This document shows positions 29,429-39,067 of a stretch of DNA of 64,000 nucleotides, piece by piece; positions within the stretch are counted from its first letter, which is position 1, and every line of letters begins with the position of its first letter. The position numbers and the translations under genes are program-made. The stretch spans positions 17,035-81,034 of the forward strand of contig JBKAGE010000004.1 in NCBI GenBank assembly GCA_046290225.1. The letters run 5' to 3'. The stretch is from Bradymonadia bacterium. GTDB taxonomy: Bacteria > Myxococcota_A > Bradymonadia > UBA7976 > UBA1532. The notes below the pieces were generated by a model. That model was not told where the DNA came from and did not search any database. It was given only the letters and a program-made list of their open reading frames with translations.

Positions 29429-30394
29429 TCAGCTCAGGATCGTGGGGGCTTCTTGCAGCAGGCGCGTCATCGTCTCTTCCACGGGGCCCTTGACCGTGGC
29501 GCCCGCTGCCCGGGTGTGTCCGCCCCCTCGAGGGCTCATTCTCTGGGCGAGGGCACAGCAATCGACCGAGCCGCGGCTGCGCAAGCTCAGCTTCACCGTG
29601 TCTGCGTCGCGCACGATGGCGAGGATGGCGAGATCGACACCCTCGATGAAGAGCAGATCGTCCACAAGGCCGCCGGTCTCTGCACCGTCGATCTCTTCGG
29701 CATCGAGGCGGGCCCAGGCCGCCTGGCCCTCGGCGAAGATCTCCATCTTGTCGAGCATGCGGGCCCGGAGCTTCACCTTGCTGAGAGGCTGCACCATGAG
29801 CACATGCTCCACGAGGGTGGCGTGATCGATGCCTGCCTCCATCATTCGGGCCGCGGCCCTCAGGGTGGCCGGGCGCGTCATCCGGTACCTGAAGGTGTTG
29901 GTGTCGAAGATGATGCCTGTGTAGAGCGCCTCGGCGAGGGGTCGATCGAGGCCAACCCCCCAATGATCACACAGGGTCAGGATCATCTCGGTGGTGCTCG
30001 CTGCCTTTGAGTCGAGGTAGGCAAAGTCCACAGCCTCTGGATCACTGCTCTTGTGGTGATCGACCTGTCCGGTCTTCACCGCTGCGGTGAAGTGAGGCTC
30101 CGCGGTGCCAAGCCGACCGGGATCTCCGTCGACGACGATGGCGAGATCAGCGCGCTCGATCACTGCCGTGCCCTGTTCGAAGAGCGTCTCGGACCCTTCG
30201 AGGAAGCAGTACCGCTCGGGGACGACCTCCTCGACGACGATGCGCACCGACTTCTCGGGCCACCGCGTCTTGATGGCCCGGTGCAGCCCCAGCAGCGCCC
30301 CGATGGCATCACCGTCGAGACGATCCGGGGCGGTGAGCAACAGGGTGCGGGCGGCTTCGACGGCCTCTGAGAGGGCTTCGTACGGTGCGGTCAT
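29429..30394 (-). CDS. DHH/DHHA1 phosphoesterase (NrnA-like)
   Basis: DGDAIG, VDHH, GIIFDTNTF, SLRS and GGGH..AAG motifs; start taken at ATG 30394. Confidence 0.92.
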   Translation of the reverse strand: MTAPYEALSEAVEAARTLLLTAPDRLDGDAIGALLGLHRAIKTRWPEKSVRIVVEEVVPERYCFLEGSETLFEQGTAVIERADLAIVVDGDPGRLGTAEPHFTAAVKTGQVDHHKSSDPEAVDFAYLDSKAASTTEMILTLCDHWGVGLDRPLAEALYTGIIFDTNTFRYRMTRPATLRAAARMMEAGIDHATLVEHVLMVQPLSKVKLRARMLDKMEIFAEGQAAWARLDAEEIDGAETGGLVDDLLFIEGVDLAILAIVRDADTVKLSLRSRGSVDCCALAQRMSPRGGGHTRAAGATVKGPVEETMTRLLQEAPTILS

Positions 30395-30564
30395 TGAAGG
30401 GTCCTGTTCGATCTTGTCGAGCGATGACGGGGCGAAATAAAACGTTCTGAGACGCATTGGACCATGGCCTGCATGCGCTCATGGAGGATCTCGGGCGGGC
30501 ATGTATATCGCATGAGCCGGACCCCATCGTAGAATTGATCGTTCTTCCTCAATGTGGAGCCCCT

Positions 30565-31299
30565 ATGTTTTTTCGACAACTGTTCGATCGCGAGACGTGC
30601 ACATACACCTACTTGCTCGCTGATGAAGAGGCGAAGGCCGCCGTGCTCATCGATCCAGTGGCGGAGCACGTGGACCGGGACGCTCAGCTGCTCGAGGAAC
30701 TGGGTTTCACGCTGGTCTACACCCTCGACACCCACGTGCATGCCGATCACATCACCGGGGCGGGGATGCTCCGGGAGCGATTGAATTCGAAGAGCGTGCT
30801 CTCTGCCCTGGGCGGCGCCCCCTGCGTAGATCGGGCCGTGACCTCTGGAGATGTGGTTCAGTTCGGCCGCTACGGCCTCGAAGTGCGGGCGACACCGGGC
30901 CACACAGATGGTTGCGTGACCTATGTCACCCGGGAGCTCGTCAACGGTCGACGCTTCGCATTCACCGGCGACACGCTCCTGATTCGGGGCTGCGGCCGCA
31001 CGGACTTCCAGCAGGGCAGCGCCGAGAGCCTGTACACCTCGGTGCACACCCAGATCTTCACCTTGCCCGACGAGACGGCGATCTATCCTGGGCACGACTA
31101 CAAGGGGCGCACGTGCTCCACGGTGGGGGAGGAGAAGCGCTTCAACCCTCGCTTGGGTGGTGGTCGCGCCCTCGATGACTTCAAAGCCATCATGGACAAC
31201 CTCAACCTGCCTCACCCCAAGAAGCTCGCGGAGTCCCTCCCGGCGAATCAGAATTGCGGGCTGCGTCCGGCGCCGGTCAGTCAGGCTGCTGGAGAGTGA
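30565..31299 (+). CDS. ETHE1-like persulfide dioxygenase (MBL fold)
   Basis: FRQLFD..TCTYTYLL, THVHADH, TPGHT, RGCGRTDFQ, PGHDY and NPR motifs; GGAG before ATG 30565. Confidence 0.93.
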   Translation: MFFRQLFDRETCTYTYLLADEEAKAAVLIDPVAEHVDRDAQLLEELGFTLVYTLDTHVHADHITGAGMLRERLNSKSVLSALGGAPCVDRAVTSGDVVQFGRYGLEVRATPGHTDGCVTYVTRELVNGRRFAFTGDTLLIRGCGRTDFQQGSAESLYTSVHTQIFTLPDETAIYPGHDYKGRTCSTVGEEKRFNPRLGGGRALDDFKAIMDNLNLPHPKKLAESLPANQNCGLRPAPVSQAAGE

Positions 31300-31347
31300 G
31301 CGCGCTGTGATATGTTCGCCGCCCTGTCATGAACATGGGCCCGCTCG

Positions 31348-33006
31348 TTGTCCCGGTCTCTGCCAAGGCTGCCCTGCCTCGATCTCGCCGGCTACTCCGC
31401 CTCTGCCGCCTCTGCTGATCTCACCGCTGCGCTGACGGTGTTGTTCCTGGCGATCCCTCAAGGCATCGCCTACGCCACCATCGCCGAGCTGCCACCGGCC
31501 ATGGGCCTCTACGCCTCGGCGATCCCCACGCTCATCGGCGGGCTGTTTCGCAGCTCGCGGCATGTCGTGGCGGGGCCGAGCAACGCCCTGAGTCTGCTCG
31601 TGGGCGGCGCCCTGGCGGTGGCCATCGGCGACGCCCATGGCGTGAGCCCGGTGGTGGCGGCGACCACCCTCGCGGTGATGGTGGGCGTGCTCCAAGTGCT
31701 CTCTGGGGTGTTGCGGCTGAGCGCGCTGGCGGACTTCATCTCTCGCCCGGTGGTGCTCGGGTACATCACCGGGGCGGCTCTGCTCATCGCTGTGGGCCAG
31801 CTGCACAACCTCACGGGCACGACGGGGGGCAGAGGCATGTTGTGGCCTCGGGTCCAGGCCTGGTGGGCGGGCCTCGATGCGATCTCTCCGGTGGCGCTGG
31901 CCATGGCCGGCGCCGTGGCCGGGGGCATCCTGGCCTTGCGCCGGCTCAAGCCACGCTGGCCCGTGGCCATGGTGGCCTTGTCGCTGGGCACGCTGGTGAG
32001 CTGGCTCGCCGATCTGCCTGCTCTGGGCCTGCGGCTCGTCGGCGACATCAGTCCTGTGCCCTCCAGCCTTCCGCCTTTGACTCTGCCTGAGCTTTCCCTG
32101 GTGGGGGCGTTGCTGCCTGCGGCCTTCGCCGCCATGGTGCTCTCTCTTGTGGAGTCCACCGCTGTGGGCCGGGCCATCGCCACCCGCACGGGCCAGAGGC
32201 TGGTGGCCTTCTGGGATTTCGTGGGTATGGGCCTGGCCAACATCTCTGCAGGGCTCACCGGGGGCTACCCCGTGAGCGGGAGCTTGTCGCGCTCGGCGTT
32301 GAACGAGCGGGCTGGTGCCGTGACCCGGATGGGCGCGGTCTATGGCGGGCTGTTCATGCTGCTCACTCCACTGGCTTTCGCTGGAGTGTTCAACCTGATC
32401 CCGGTTGCCGCCCTCGCAGGGCTCCTGGTGGTGGTGGCCGGTGATCTCGTCGATCGAGCCCGTATCATCGTCATCATGCGATCCACCTGGGGTGACCGGC
32501 TGGCGTTCACGCTGACGTGTGTCGGCACCTGGGTGCTCCCGCTCGATCAGGCCATCTATCTCGGTGTGGGCAGCAGCCTCGTGAAGGTGCTCTACAACGC
32601 CCGACGCCTCGATATTGACGTCGCGCCCACAACATCGGCGTGCACCATCGTTTCGCCTCGAGGGGCCCACTTCTTCGGTGTGGAAGAGGTGATCCGCGAT
32701 GGCCTCGTTGAGGTCCTGGCAGATCGTGAAGGCGCCCCTGTGGTGCTGGCCTGGATGGCCAACGCCCGAGGGATGGACGTCTCGGTGGGTACGTTGTGGT
32801 TGGAAGTGGCTCAGCAGCTGAGGGCTCAGGGCCGAGTCTTGTGTATGGCGGGGCTCAGCGAGGCCGAGCACGCTGTGCTGGTGCGATCTGGCCTCGCCGA
32901 GCAAATGGGTGCGGATCGCCTCCGAAGACAAGGCCCCGATGAAGGGGCCCAGCCATCACCGGAGACGATCCGCTGGGCTGAAGCGCAGGCCTCTACGAAG
33001 CCCTGA
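31348..33006 (+). CDS. SulP/SLC26 anion transporter with degenerate STAS domain
   Basis: IPQGIAYA.IA.LPP.MGLY, VAGP and SGSLSRSA motifs; start uncertain. Confidence 0.9.
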   Translation: MSRSLPRLPCLDLAGYSASAASADLTAALTVLFLAIPQGIAYATIAELPPAMGLYASAIPTLIGGLFRSSRHVVAGPSNALSLLVGGALAVAIGDAHGVSPVVAATTLAVMVGVLQVLSGVLRLSALADFISRPVVLGYITGAALLIAVGQLHNLTGTTGGRGMLWPRVQAWWAGLDAISPVALAMAGAVAGGILALRRLKPRWPVAMVALSLGTLVSWLADLPALGLRLVGDISPVPSSLPPLTLPELSLVGALLPAAFAAMVLSLVESTAVGRAIATRTGQRLVAFWDFVGMGLANISAGLTGGYPVSGSLSRSALNERAGAVTRMGAVYGGLFMLLTPLAFAGVFNLIPVAALAGLLVVVAGDLVDRARIIVIMRSTWGDRLAFTLTCVGTWVLPLDQAIYLGVGSSLVKVLYNARRLDIDVAPTTSACTIVSPRGAHFFGVEEVIRDGLVEVLADREGAPVVLAWMANARGMDVSVGTLWLEVAQQLRAQGRVLCMAGLSEAEHAVLVRSGLAEQMGADRLRRQGPDEGAQPSPETIRWAEAQASTKP

Positions 33007-35008
33007 GCTGGCTGTACCGGGCGAAGGCCTGGCTGAAGCTGCCTGTACCTGCCGTAGCCGATCGCAGGGCGCTGGCGTAGCCGAAGAGGTCGGCCAAGGG
33101 CACCTCCGCGCTCACGCGGCAGTGGCCCTGCTCGACCTCAGTGCCCAGGATGCGACCGCGCCGGCCCATGAGGGTGCGCACGACGGCCCCCTGATGATCG
33201 ATGGGGGCCTCCGCCTCCACCGCCGCCAGGGGCTCAAGCAGAACGAGCATCTCGTCCTTGATGTAGGTGCGGCAGGCCTCCTGCGCGGCGAGGTTGAACG
33301 CCATGTCGGAGGAGTCCTGCACGTGGGTGGCGCCATCTTCGATGACCACCCGCACCCCCTGGACCGGCCAGGCATCGTCGCCAATGCCGGACTGCAAGGT
33401 ATCCCTGAAGCCCGAGGCGATGGACTTGGCCCACTGACGGGGGATCGCCCCGCCGGTGACCTTCCACTCGAACTCGAAGCCCTCAGTGTCCTCGAGGGGC
33501 TCGAGATAGCCGATGATGCGGGCCCACATGCCCGCGCCGCCATTCTGCTTGTTCAGCAGGTGGTTGAAGGCCACCCGCCGACCGAGGGTCTGGCGATACG
33601 CCACCGTGGGCGCGCTCAGCTGGACCTCGAGACCCATGGACTTGAGCCGCTCGAGATAGATCTCGAGGTGCAACTCGCCCATGCCCCGCAGCCTGATCTC
33701 TCCGCTCTCGCCGTCGGTGTGCACCTTCAGCGTGGGATCGGAGAGGCAGAAGCGGGTGAGGGCCTTCGACAGCTTCTTCTCCTCGCCCCGGCGTCGATGG
33801 AGGGCGGCCTCCACCATGGGCTCGGGGATCTGCATCGACTCCAGGACCACCTTCTCGTGCTCCGCAGACAAGGTGTCGCCCGTCTGACAGCCCGCTCCGG
33901 CGATGGCCACGATGTGACCAGCCTCGGCGGCCTCGGCCTGTTCGAAACGGTCCGCGTGGAGCCTGACCACTCGGCCCACCCGCATGCGGCTGCCATTGCG
34001 CACATGGTAGACCGTGTCGCCGGCCCGCAGGGTGCCTCGATAGATGCGCACCCAGGCCAGGGCTCCACCAGGGGCGGGCTGCACCTTGAAGACCAGCGCC
34101 GCCAGAGCCCCCTCGGCGTCTGCCGAGAGAGGCACGGTCTCGCCCTCGAGGTTCTCCGCCTGGCGCTCGATGTCCTCGGGGGCGGGCAGATAATCCACCA
34201 CACCATCGAGCAGACACTGAACACCCACGTTGCGATAGGCAGAGCCCATCATCACAGGCACGAAGGCGCGCTCGACCACCCCGGCGCGGATCACCGATTT
34301 GATCAGGGCAGGGTGGATCTCCAGCTCTTCCACGAGGGCCTCGGTGAGTGCGTCGGAGAAGAGGCTGAGCCGGTCGAGCATCTCGGCGCGGGCCTGCTCA
34401 GCGGCCTCTCTGAAGGCCTCAGGGATCGGCCCACGTCGCACGTGTTCACCCTTTTCACCCTCGAAGGTGACGGCCTGCATCTCAACCAGGTCGATCACCC
34501 CTTCAAGCTCACTCTCGAGACCCATGGGGTGCTGAATCGGGATCGCCTCGACGTGCAGTCGAGCCCGCATCTGTTTCACCACGGCAGCAGGATCAGCGCC
34601 GGCGCGGTCGCACTTGTTGACGAAGGCGATCCGTGGCACGCCATACCGATCCATCTGGCGGGCAACCGTGAGGGTCTGCGCCTGCACGCCGCCGACGGCG
34701 CAGAGCAACAGCACGGCGCCATCGAGCACCCTCAGCGCGCGCTCCACCTCCACGGTGAAGTCGACGTGCCCAGGGGTGTCGATCAGGTTGATGTGGGTGC
34801 CGTTCCACTGGCACGAGGTGGCCGCCGACTGGATCGAGATGCCGTGAGAGACCTCGAGCGGATCGTGATCGAGGGTGGCCCCGACACCGTCGGCGCCGCG
34901 GACCTCGTGCATGGCGTGGATCCGGCCGGTGTAGTAGAGCACCCGCTCTGCGAGGGTGGTCTTGCCTGAGTCGATGTGGGCGCTGATGCCAAAGTTACGT
35001 ACGCGCAT
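32993..35008 (-). CDS. fusA: Elongation factor G paralog (divergent, EF-G2-like)
   Basis: AHIDSGKTT, DTPGHVDF, NKCD, GMGELHLEI and LFGYASALRSAT; isolated from rps/tuf genes; ATG 35008 preceded by AGGTG. Confidence 0.92.
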   Translation of the reverse strand: MRVRNFGISAHIDSGKTTLAERVLYYTGRIHAMHEVRGADGVGATLDHDPLEVSHGISIQSAATSCQWNGTHINLIDTPGHVDFTVEVERALRVLDGAVLLLCAVGGVQAQTLTVARQMDRYGVPRIAFVNKCDRAGADPAAVVKQMRARLHVEAIPIQHPMGLESELEGVIDLVEMQAVTFEGEKGEHVRRGPIPEAFREAAEQARAEMLDRLSLFSDALTEALVEELEIHPALIKSVIRAGVVERAFVPVMMGSAYRNVGVQCLLDGVVDYLPAPEDIERQAENLEGETVPLSADAEGALAALVFKVQPAPGGALAWVRIYRGTLRAGDTVYHVRNGSRMRVGRVVRLHADRFEQAEAAEAGHIVAIAGAGCQTGDTLSAEHEKVVLESMQIPEPMVEAALHRRRGEEKKLSKALTRFCLSDPTLKVHTDGESGEIRLRGMGELHLEIYLERLKSMGLEVQLSAPTVAYRQTLGRRVAFNHLLNKQNGGAGMWARIIGYLEPLEDTEGFEFEWKVTGGAIPRQWAKSIASGFRDTLQSGIGDDAWPVQGVRVVIEDGATHVQDSSDMAFNLAAQEACRTYIKDEMLVLLEPLAAVEAEAPIDHQGAVVRTLMGRRGRILGTEVEQGHCRVSAEVPLADLFGYASALRSATAGTGSFSQAFARYSQLRAS

Positions 35009-35313
35009 GATACACCTGTCTTGTATGCTTCGATGAATGCACGGATGTATTGCGGCTGCATGCCGAGATACACCCCGGCTCAACAGTGGGACTCTCTCGC
35101 GGAGTCACTGTGAGCGAGACACGGACATTGATTCGGGTGAGCGACTCGACGCCCCCTGAGGGGTGCTCAGGGCGACGCGCCGTGGGGCTCGACGACAATG
35201 ATGATGTATGTGTGCGGGCCCTCTCTCAGGGAAGGCGCGGCGAACGAATCAGCGGTGAAGTGGTTGGTGCAGTCCCAGGAGGGGCAACGCCTGAAGTGAA
35301 AGCGTTGCTTGGC
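35009..35313 (-). promoter_or_regulatory. Hairpin-rich 5' leader of the EF-G paralog (candidate attenuator)
   Basis: Stems at 35284-35308, 35154-35172, 35084-35110 and 35062-35079. Confidence 0.5.
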
Positions 35314-35493
35314 TCAACCCACCAGCTGACCGGCGTCGCCGGCCATGGAGAGATCACCCTGCACGTACGGCAGACCGCGGTACAGCGACGCCCCGTAGAC
35401 GGCGCTGATGTCGGCCCCTCGACGTGCGAAGTCGTTCACCAACGCGCAGGCGCAGGTGGACATGGGGGTGGTGATGGTGGGGAGGTTTCGCAT
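35314..35493 (-). CDS. 59-aa leaderless upstream ORF (MRNLPTITTP...GQLVG), candidate leader peptide
   Basis: Strong GC3 codon bias like real genes in this window; ATG lies 7 nt after a -10 hexamer. Confidence 0.6.
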   Translation of the reverse strand: MRNLPTITTPMSTCACALVNDFARRGADISAVYGASLYRGLPYVQGDLSMAGDAGQLVG

Positions 35494-35500
35494 GACCGGG

Positions 35501-35529
35501 ACGATAGTGCCGGACATGTATCTCGTCAA
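35501..35529 (-). promoter_or_regulatory. Sigma70-type promoter for the uORF-EF-G transcript
   Basis: Minus strand TTGACG-N17-TATCGT. Confidence 0.7.
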
Positions 35530-35557
35530 GTCTGTTTTTCGAGATAGTGGTCGAACA

Positions 35558-36733
35558 TTACATCTTGCTGAGGAACCAGGCCCGCAGATAGCCCACCATC
35601 GGCCCCGTGTTGTAGCTGACGCTGCGGCCCACGTGGATCGCCGTCTGGTAGCGGGTGCTGCCGTTTCGGTAGTACACCGGACCGCCGCTGTGGCCGCCGC
35701 TGGTGTCGCACTTGTAGCCCAGGCGCTGATCGCCCACGTACTTGATGTCGCAGCCCATGCCCCAGAGGCCGAAGGGGCTCTTGTCGGCAGGGTAACCGTA
35801 GTTGTAGTGCCGCTTGGCCTTGATCGACGACCGGCTCGTCAGGCTCGACATCACGAAGAAGCCATTGGAGCCGGGGAAGTCGCTGTCCAGCTTGAGCAGG
35901 GCGTAGTCCCGGGTGAAGTCGCTGAAGAGGCCGTCATCGTAGTTCGGTGACATGTAGCGGTAGTAGACGTTGACGCAGGTGCTGTTCCGGCACACCTCGC
36001 CGCGATCGCGGCGGCCGTTGGCCAGAGAGCGACCACCGTAAATCCAGGCGTCGTCTCGGCGGCTGTAGACGCAGTGGGCGCCGGTGATGGCGTAGCGATC
36101 GTCGATGAGAGAGGCGGTGCAGGTGCTCTGGCAGCCCGGCGACAGGCCCTCGGCGCGGCAATCGGCGTCAGAGAGCGGGATGGCGTACTCGAGGGTGGCG
36201 CTGAAGGGGAAGTTGTTGCGTTCACTGGTGGTCTTGCGTACCCGGTCGTCGCTGCCGAAGACCGTCTTGCTCACCACATCGTGCTCTTCGAGATCGCCCG
36301 AGCCCTTGGCGTCTTCCAAGGGGTGCGCGTCTTCATAAGCGGTGATCAGGGCAACGGCGACCTCAGGGTCGATGGGCCCCGAGATCCACTCACCGTCGTC
36401 GTCATCGAGGATGGCCCCGTCGGTGAAGGCGCCAATGGAGGCGTCGAAGGTGTACCCCGTGAGGGGGCCTTCGGTGATGATGCCTTCAGACATCGCCCAC
36501 TGCTCGATCTCGGCGAACTCGATGCGTTCGATCTCTTCGTCAGTGAAGGTGGGCGTCTCCGCCATGCGGCTCACCCCTCTGATCTCCCCCATGCGGTGCC
36601 AGGTCACGCCCTGTTCGTCGACCCGCGTCTCTTCCGTGTCGGACGTTTCCGGGAAATCTTCTGTAGTGCCACATGCGGCGGGCACCAGGGCGAGCAAGAG
36701 CGCAAGACAACGACGACGGGTGAACAGACCCAT
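35558..36733 (-). CDS. Trypsin-like (V8/glutamyl endopeptidase-type) serine protease lipoprotein
   Basis: Signal ending AAC; acidic propeptide; VFGSDDR, TGAHC, DYALL and GHSGGP triad motifs. Confidence 0.92.
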   Translation of the reverse strand: MGLFTRRRCLALLLALVPAACGTTEDFPETSDTEETRVDEQGVTWHRMGEIRGVSRMAETPTFTDEEIERIEFAEIEQWAMSEGIITEGPLTGYTFDASIGAFTDGAILDDDDGEWISGPIDPEVAVALITAYEDAHPLEDAKGSGDLEEHDVVSKTVFGSDDRVRKTTSERNNFPFSATLEYAIPLSDADCRAEGLSPGCQSTCTASLIDDRYAITGAHCVYSRRDDAWIYGGRSLANGRRDRGEVCRNSTCVNVYYRYMSPNYDDGLFSDFTRDYALLKLDSDFPGSNGFFVMSSLTSRSSIKAKRHYNYGYPADKSPFGLWGMGCDIKYVGDQRLGYKCDTSGGHSGGPVYYRNGSTRYQTAIHVGRSVSYNTGPMVGYLRAWFLSKM

Positions 36734-36910
36734 GACTTCTCCCTCCAAAATTCTATCGATTGCCCCCTCGGCATCTGGGTCTTCGTCGAGCCCTTCGTGG
36801 CTCTGACATGCAATTTGAAGAAAAATATCTTCTCATGAGTAGAAAACGCCTTGGGTCTTTCTCAGTCTGTGTGGGATAAAGCAGCCTCTGGCTGAACTCG
36901 GGAGTGTGAG

Positions 36911-39004
36911 ATGAAGCGTCTGCCTCAGTGGATGATGGCGTGCACGGTCTTGTTGTGGGCCGGGGCGTGCAGTGATGTCGAAGATCCTGCTGCCGAGGAG
37001 GGCGCTGGCGGTGCCGTCGCTGGCGCCGGTGGTGCTGTGGGTGGCGCCGGGGGTGTCGGCGGTATGGCACAGCCGATGCCCGGTGGCGGAGTGCTCGACA
37101 CACCCGACATGGATCTGCCCCAGGGTGGCATGGGCGGCGAGATCGAACCCGGTGAGGCTGATGCCGAGGTGGGTGAGCCCGATGAGGGGGCGGCTGACCC
37201 TCCAGACGCCATGGTGCCTCCAGAGCCAGAGACCGTGACCTGTGTCTTCGAGGCGCCTGAAGGTGAGCAGGAGGTGAACACCTGGCGCAGCGATGTCGAT
37301 CGAGTGGTCTTCAACGTGCCTGGGGTGCCTGAGGTCGGCGGGGTGGAGCAGGCGATCCTGCGTTTCCGAGGTCACGATCTCGATCATCCCGGTGAGGAAG
37401 GCTGGGTGCGGGTGAACGGCAATGAACGCATCGCGCTCCCGGCAGACGAAGCCAACGACAACGTCACTGGCCGCGTGGATCTCGATGTCTCGGGGCAGGT
37501 GGTGGCGGGGGACAACCGTGTGGCCTTTCTGGCCTTTGAACGCCCCGATGGCAGCTTCTATCGCATCAGCGACGTGCGCCTCGTACTCACCGGTCAGGTG
37601 GCCTGCCCGGATCCGATGATGCCGGAAGAGCCCGAGCCTCTTGATCGTGTGGCCAACGAGACGCCTCTGGGTGTCTCGGCCTTTGCGGCGCTGTCACCGC
37701 GGTTCCCTCATGAGGGGCTCTGGCAAATCCTCGGCGCCCTCGACCGGCCCTTCACGACGGTGCTTCTCGACTTCGAGCCGGTCTACGACGAGCACGGGCT
37801 GGCGATGTTCGCCGACGGCGCGGTGGGCAACCGCGAACCGAATGCCGCTCACCTCGACGCCCTCGACGATTTCATCGACGACTTCGTGGCAGCCACGCCA
37901 GAAGCCGACGGTCGTCACCTGCAGATTTATCTTTTCAACGGCCCCGGGATCCGCCGAACTGGCTACGCCCGAGCCTTCGATCTCGACGCCGCAGGCTTCG
38001 ACGACGCCCTTCAGAACAACGATTCGGTACGTGCCGACGTGCTCCGCTTCGCTCAGGCGCTGGTGGGCCGGCTGGCGACACACCTCGGCGAGGTGGACAT
38101 CCGCCTTGTGGGTACCCTCGAAGACAACCTGACCCGACCGGGTGCCCGGGCGCTGAACCGGCTGCTGCGTGAAGCAGGCTGGGAAGGCGATCTCGGCCGA
38201 AACCCCTGTGGCTGCGGTCCCATGGGTGACGACAGTCAGGTGGGGCAGTTCATCGAACATCATCCCCATAGCGTTGGCGCCACCGAGGCGCTGGCGAACA
38301 CCCTCGAGGCCCCCGACGCGCTTTCGAACGACGGCTGGGGCTTCAACACCGACTCAGGCACGGGCTTCATGAACCGCGGGCATGTGGCGCCCACCGTTGC
38401 GGCGGCTCAGGCCGCTGGGGTGTGGTTCCACTTCTGGTACGACCCGCTCCAGGGCTACCCGATCCCTGCCCAGGGCGCGCGGAACCTGCGCTTCGACGAT
38501 GCGCCAGCAACTGTACTGGGCTGGCTGGCAGATGGGGTGCGCGACATAGAACCAGGGCCCGACCTCGGCGAGCCCACAGGTCTCGGCGTGGAAGTTGTTC
38601 AAGGCTATCGCGATGCCACGTACGATCCCCGCCGAAACTGGGTCCTCGACTGCCGCGACTACGCCTACAGCGCCCGCGGCGACGAGCACGAAGAGTGCGA
38701 CAACCGATACAACCCCGACGGCACCACGCACGGTACGGCGACCTTCGTCTTCGAGGGGGTGCCCCGGGATCTCTACACAGTGGCCTTGGAGGGTCGCCAC
38801 ACAGAGAACCGGAACCCCGCCGGAGCGCTGGTGATCGTCAATGGCGTGGAGCGCCGCATCAGGCAAATCGGAGAGGGGGAGTACACCTTCGTAGATCACG
38901 GCACCTATATGCTCGAGGGCCGCGTGGAGGTGGTGCTCGACTCCCGGCGAGAGGTCGGGTCTGATGCTGTTCGGCGCGTGCGGATTCGGCCCGTCAGCCC
39001 ATAG
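36911..39004 (+). CDS. Multidomain lipoprotein: beta-sandwich, possible glycoside-hydrolase-like barrel, golvesin/CBM-like C-terminus
   Basis: Lipobox AGAC, Gly/acidic linker, C-terminal ATFVF.......YTV...NRNP.GA...SDAV; the function is not supported beyond architecture. Confidence 0.6.
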   Translation: MKRLPQWMMACTVLLWAGACSDVEDPAAEEGAGGAVAGAGGAVGGAGGVGGMAQPMPGGGVLDTPDMDLPQGGMGGEIEPGEADAEVGEPDEGAADPPDAMVPPEPETVTCVFEAPEGEQEVNTWRSDVDRVVFNVPGVPEVGGVEQAILRFRGHDLDHPGEEGWVRVNGNERIALPADEANDNVTGRVDLDVSGQVVAGDNRVAFLAFERPDGSFYRISDVRLVLTGQVACPDPMMPEEPEPLDRVANETPLGVSAFAALSPRFPHEGLWQILGALDRPFTTVLLDFEPVYDEHGLAMFADGAVGNREPNAAHLDALDDFIDDFVAATPEADGRHLQIYLFNGPGIRRTGYARAFDLDAAGFDDALQNNDSVRADVLRFAQALVGRLATHLGEVDIRLVGTLEDNLTRPGARALNRLLREAGWEGDLGRNPCGCGPMGDDSQVGQFIEHHPHSVGATEALANTLEAPDALSNDGWGFNTDSGTGFMNRGHVAPTVAAAQAAGVWFHFWYDPLQGYPIPAQGARNLRFDDAPATVLGWLADGVRDIEPGPDLGEPTGLGVEVVQGYRDATYDPRRNWVLDCRDYAYSARGDEHEECDNRYNPDGTTHGTATFVFEGVPRDLYTVALEGRHTENRNPAGALVIVNGVERRIRQIGEGEYTFVDHGTYMLEGRVEVVLDSRREVGSDAVRRVRIRPVSP

Positions 39005-39067
39005 GAGTTGCCATGAAGGAAGAGGCGCTCCTTCCAGCAGACGAGTGATCTGTGAAGACCCCTTTGC

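Noticed and set aside
32909..34969. 686-aa plus-strand ORF (likewise 23965-25416, 31327-32931, 53213-54901)
   Set aside because: Antisense to well-supported genes, with no independent motifs.
35314..35316. Selenocysteine reading of the uORF TGA
   Set aside because: A hairpin follows, but I cannot match it to a bacterial SECIS and the peptide resembles no selenoprotein; retained only as a generic readthrough/attenuation hypothesis.
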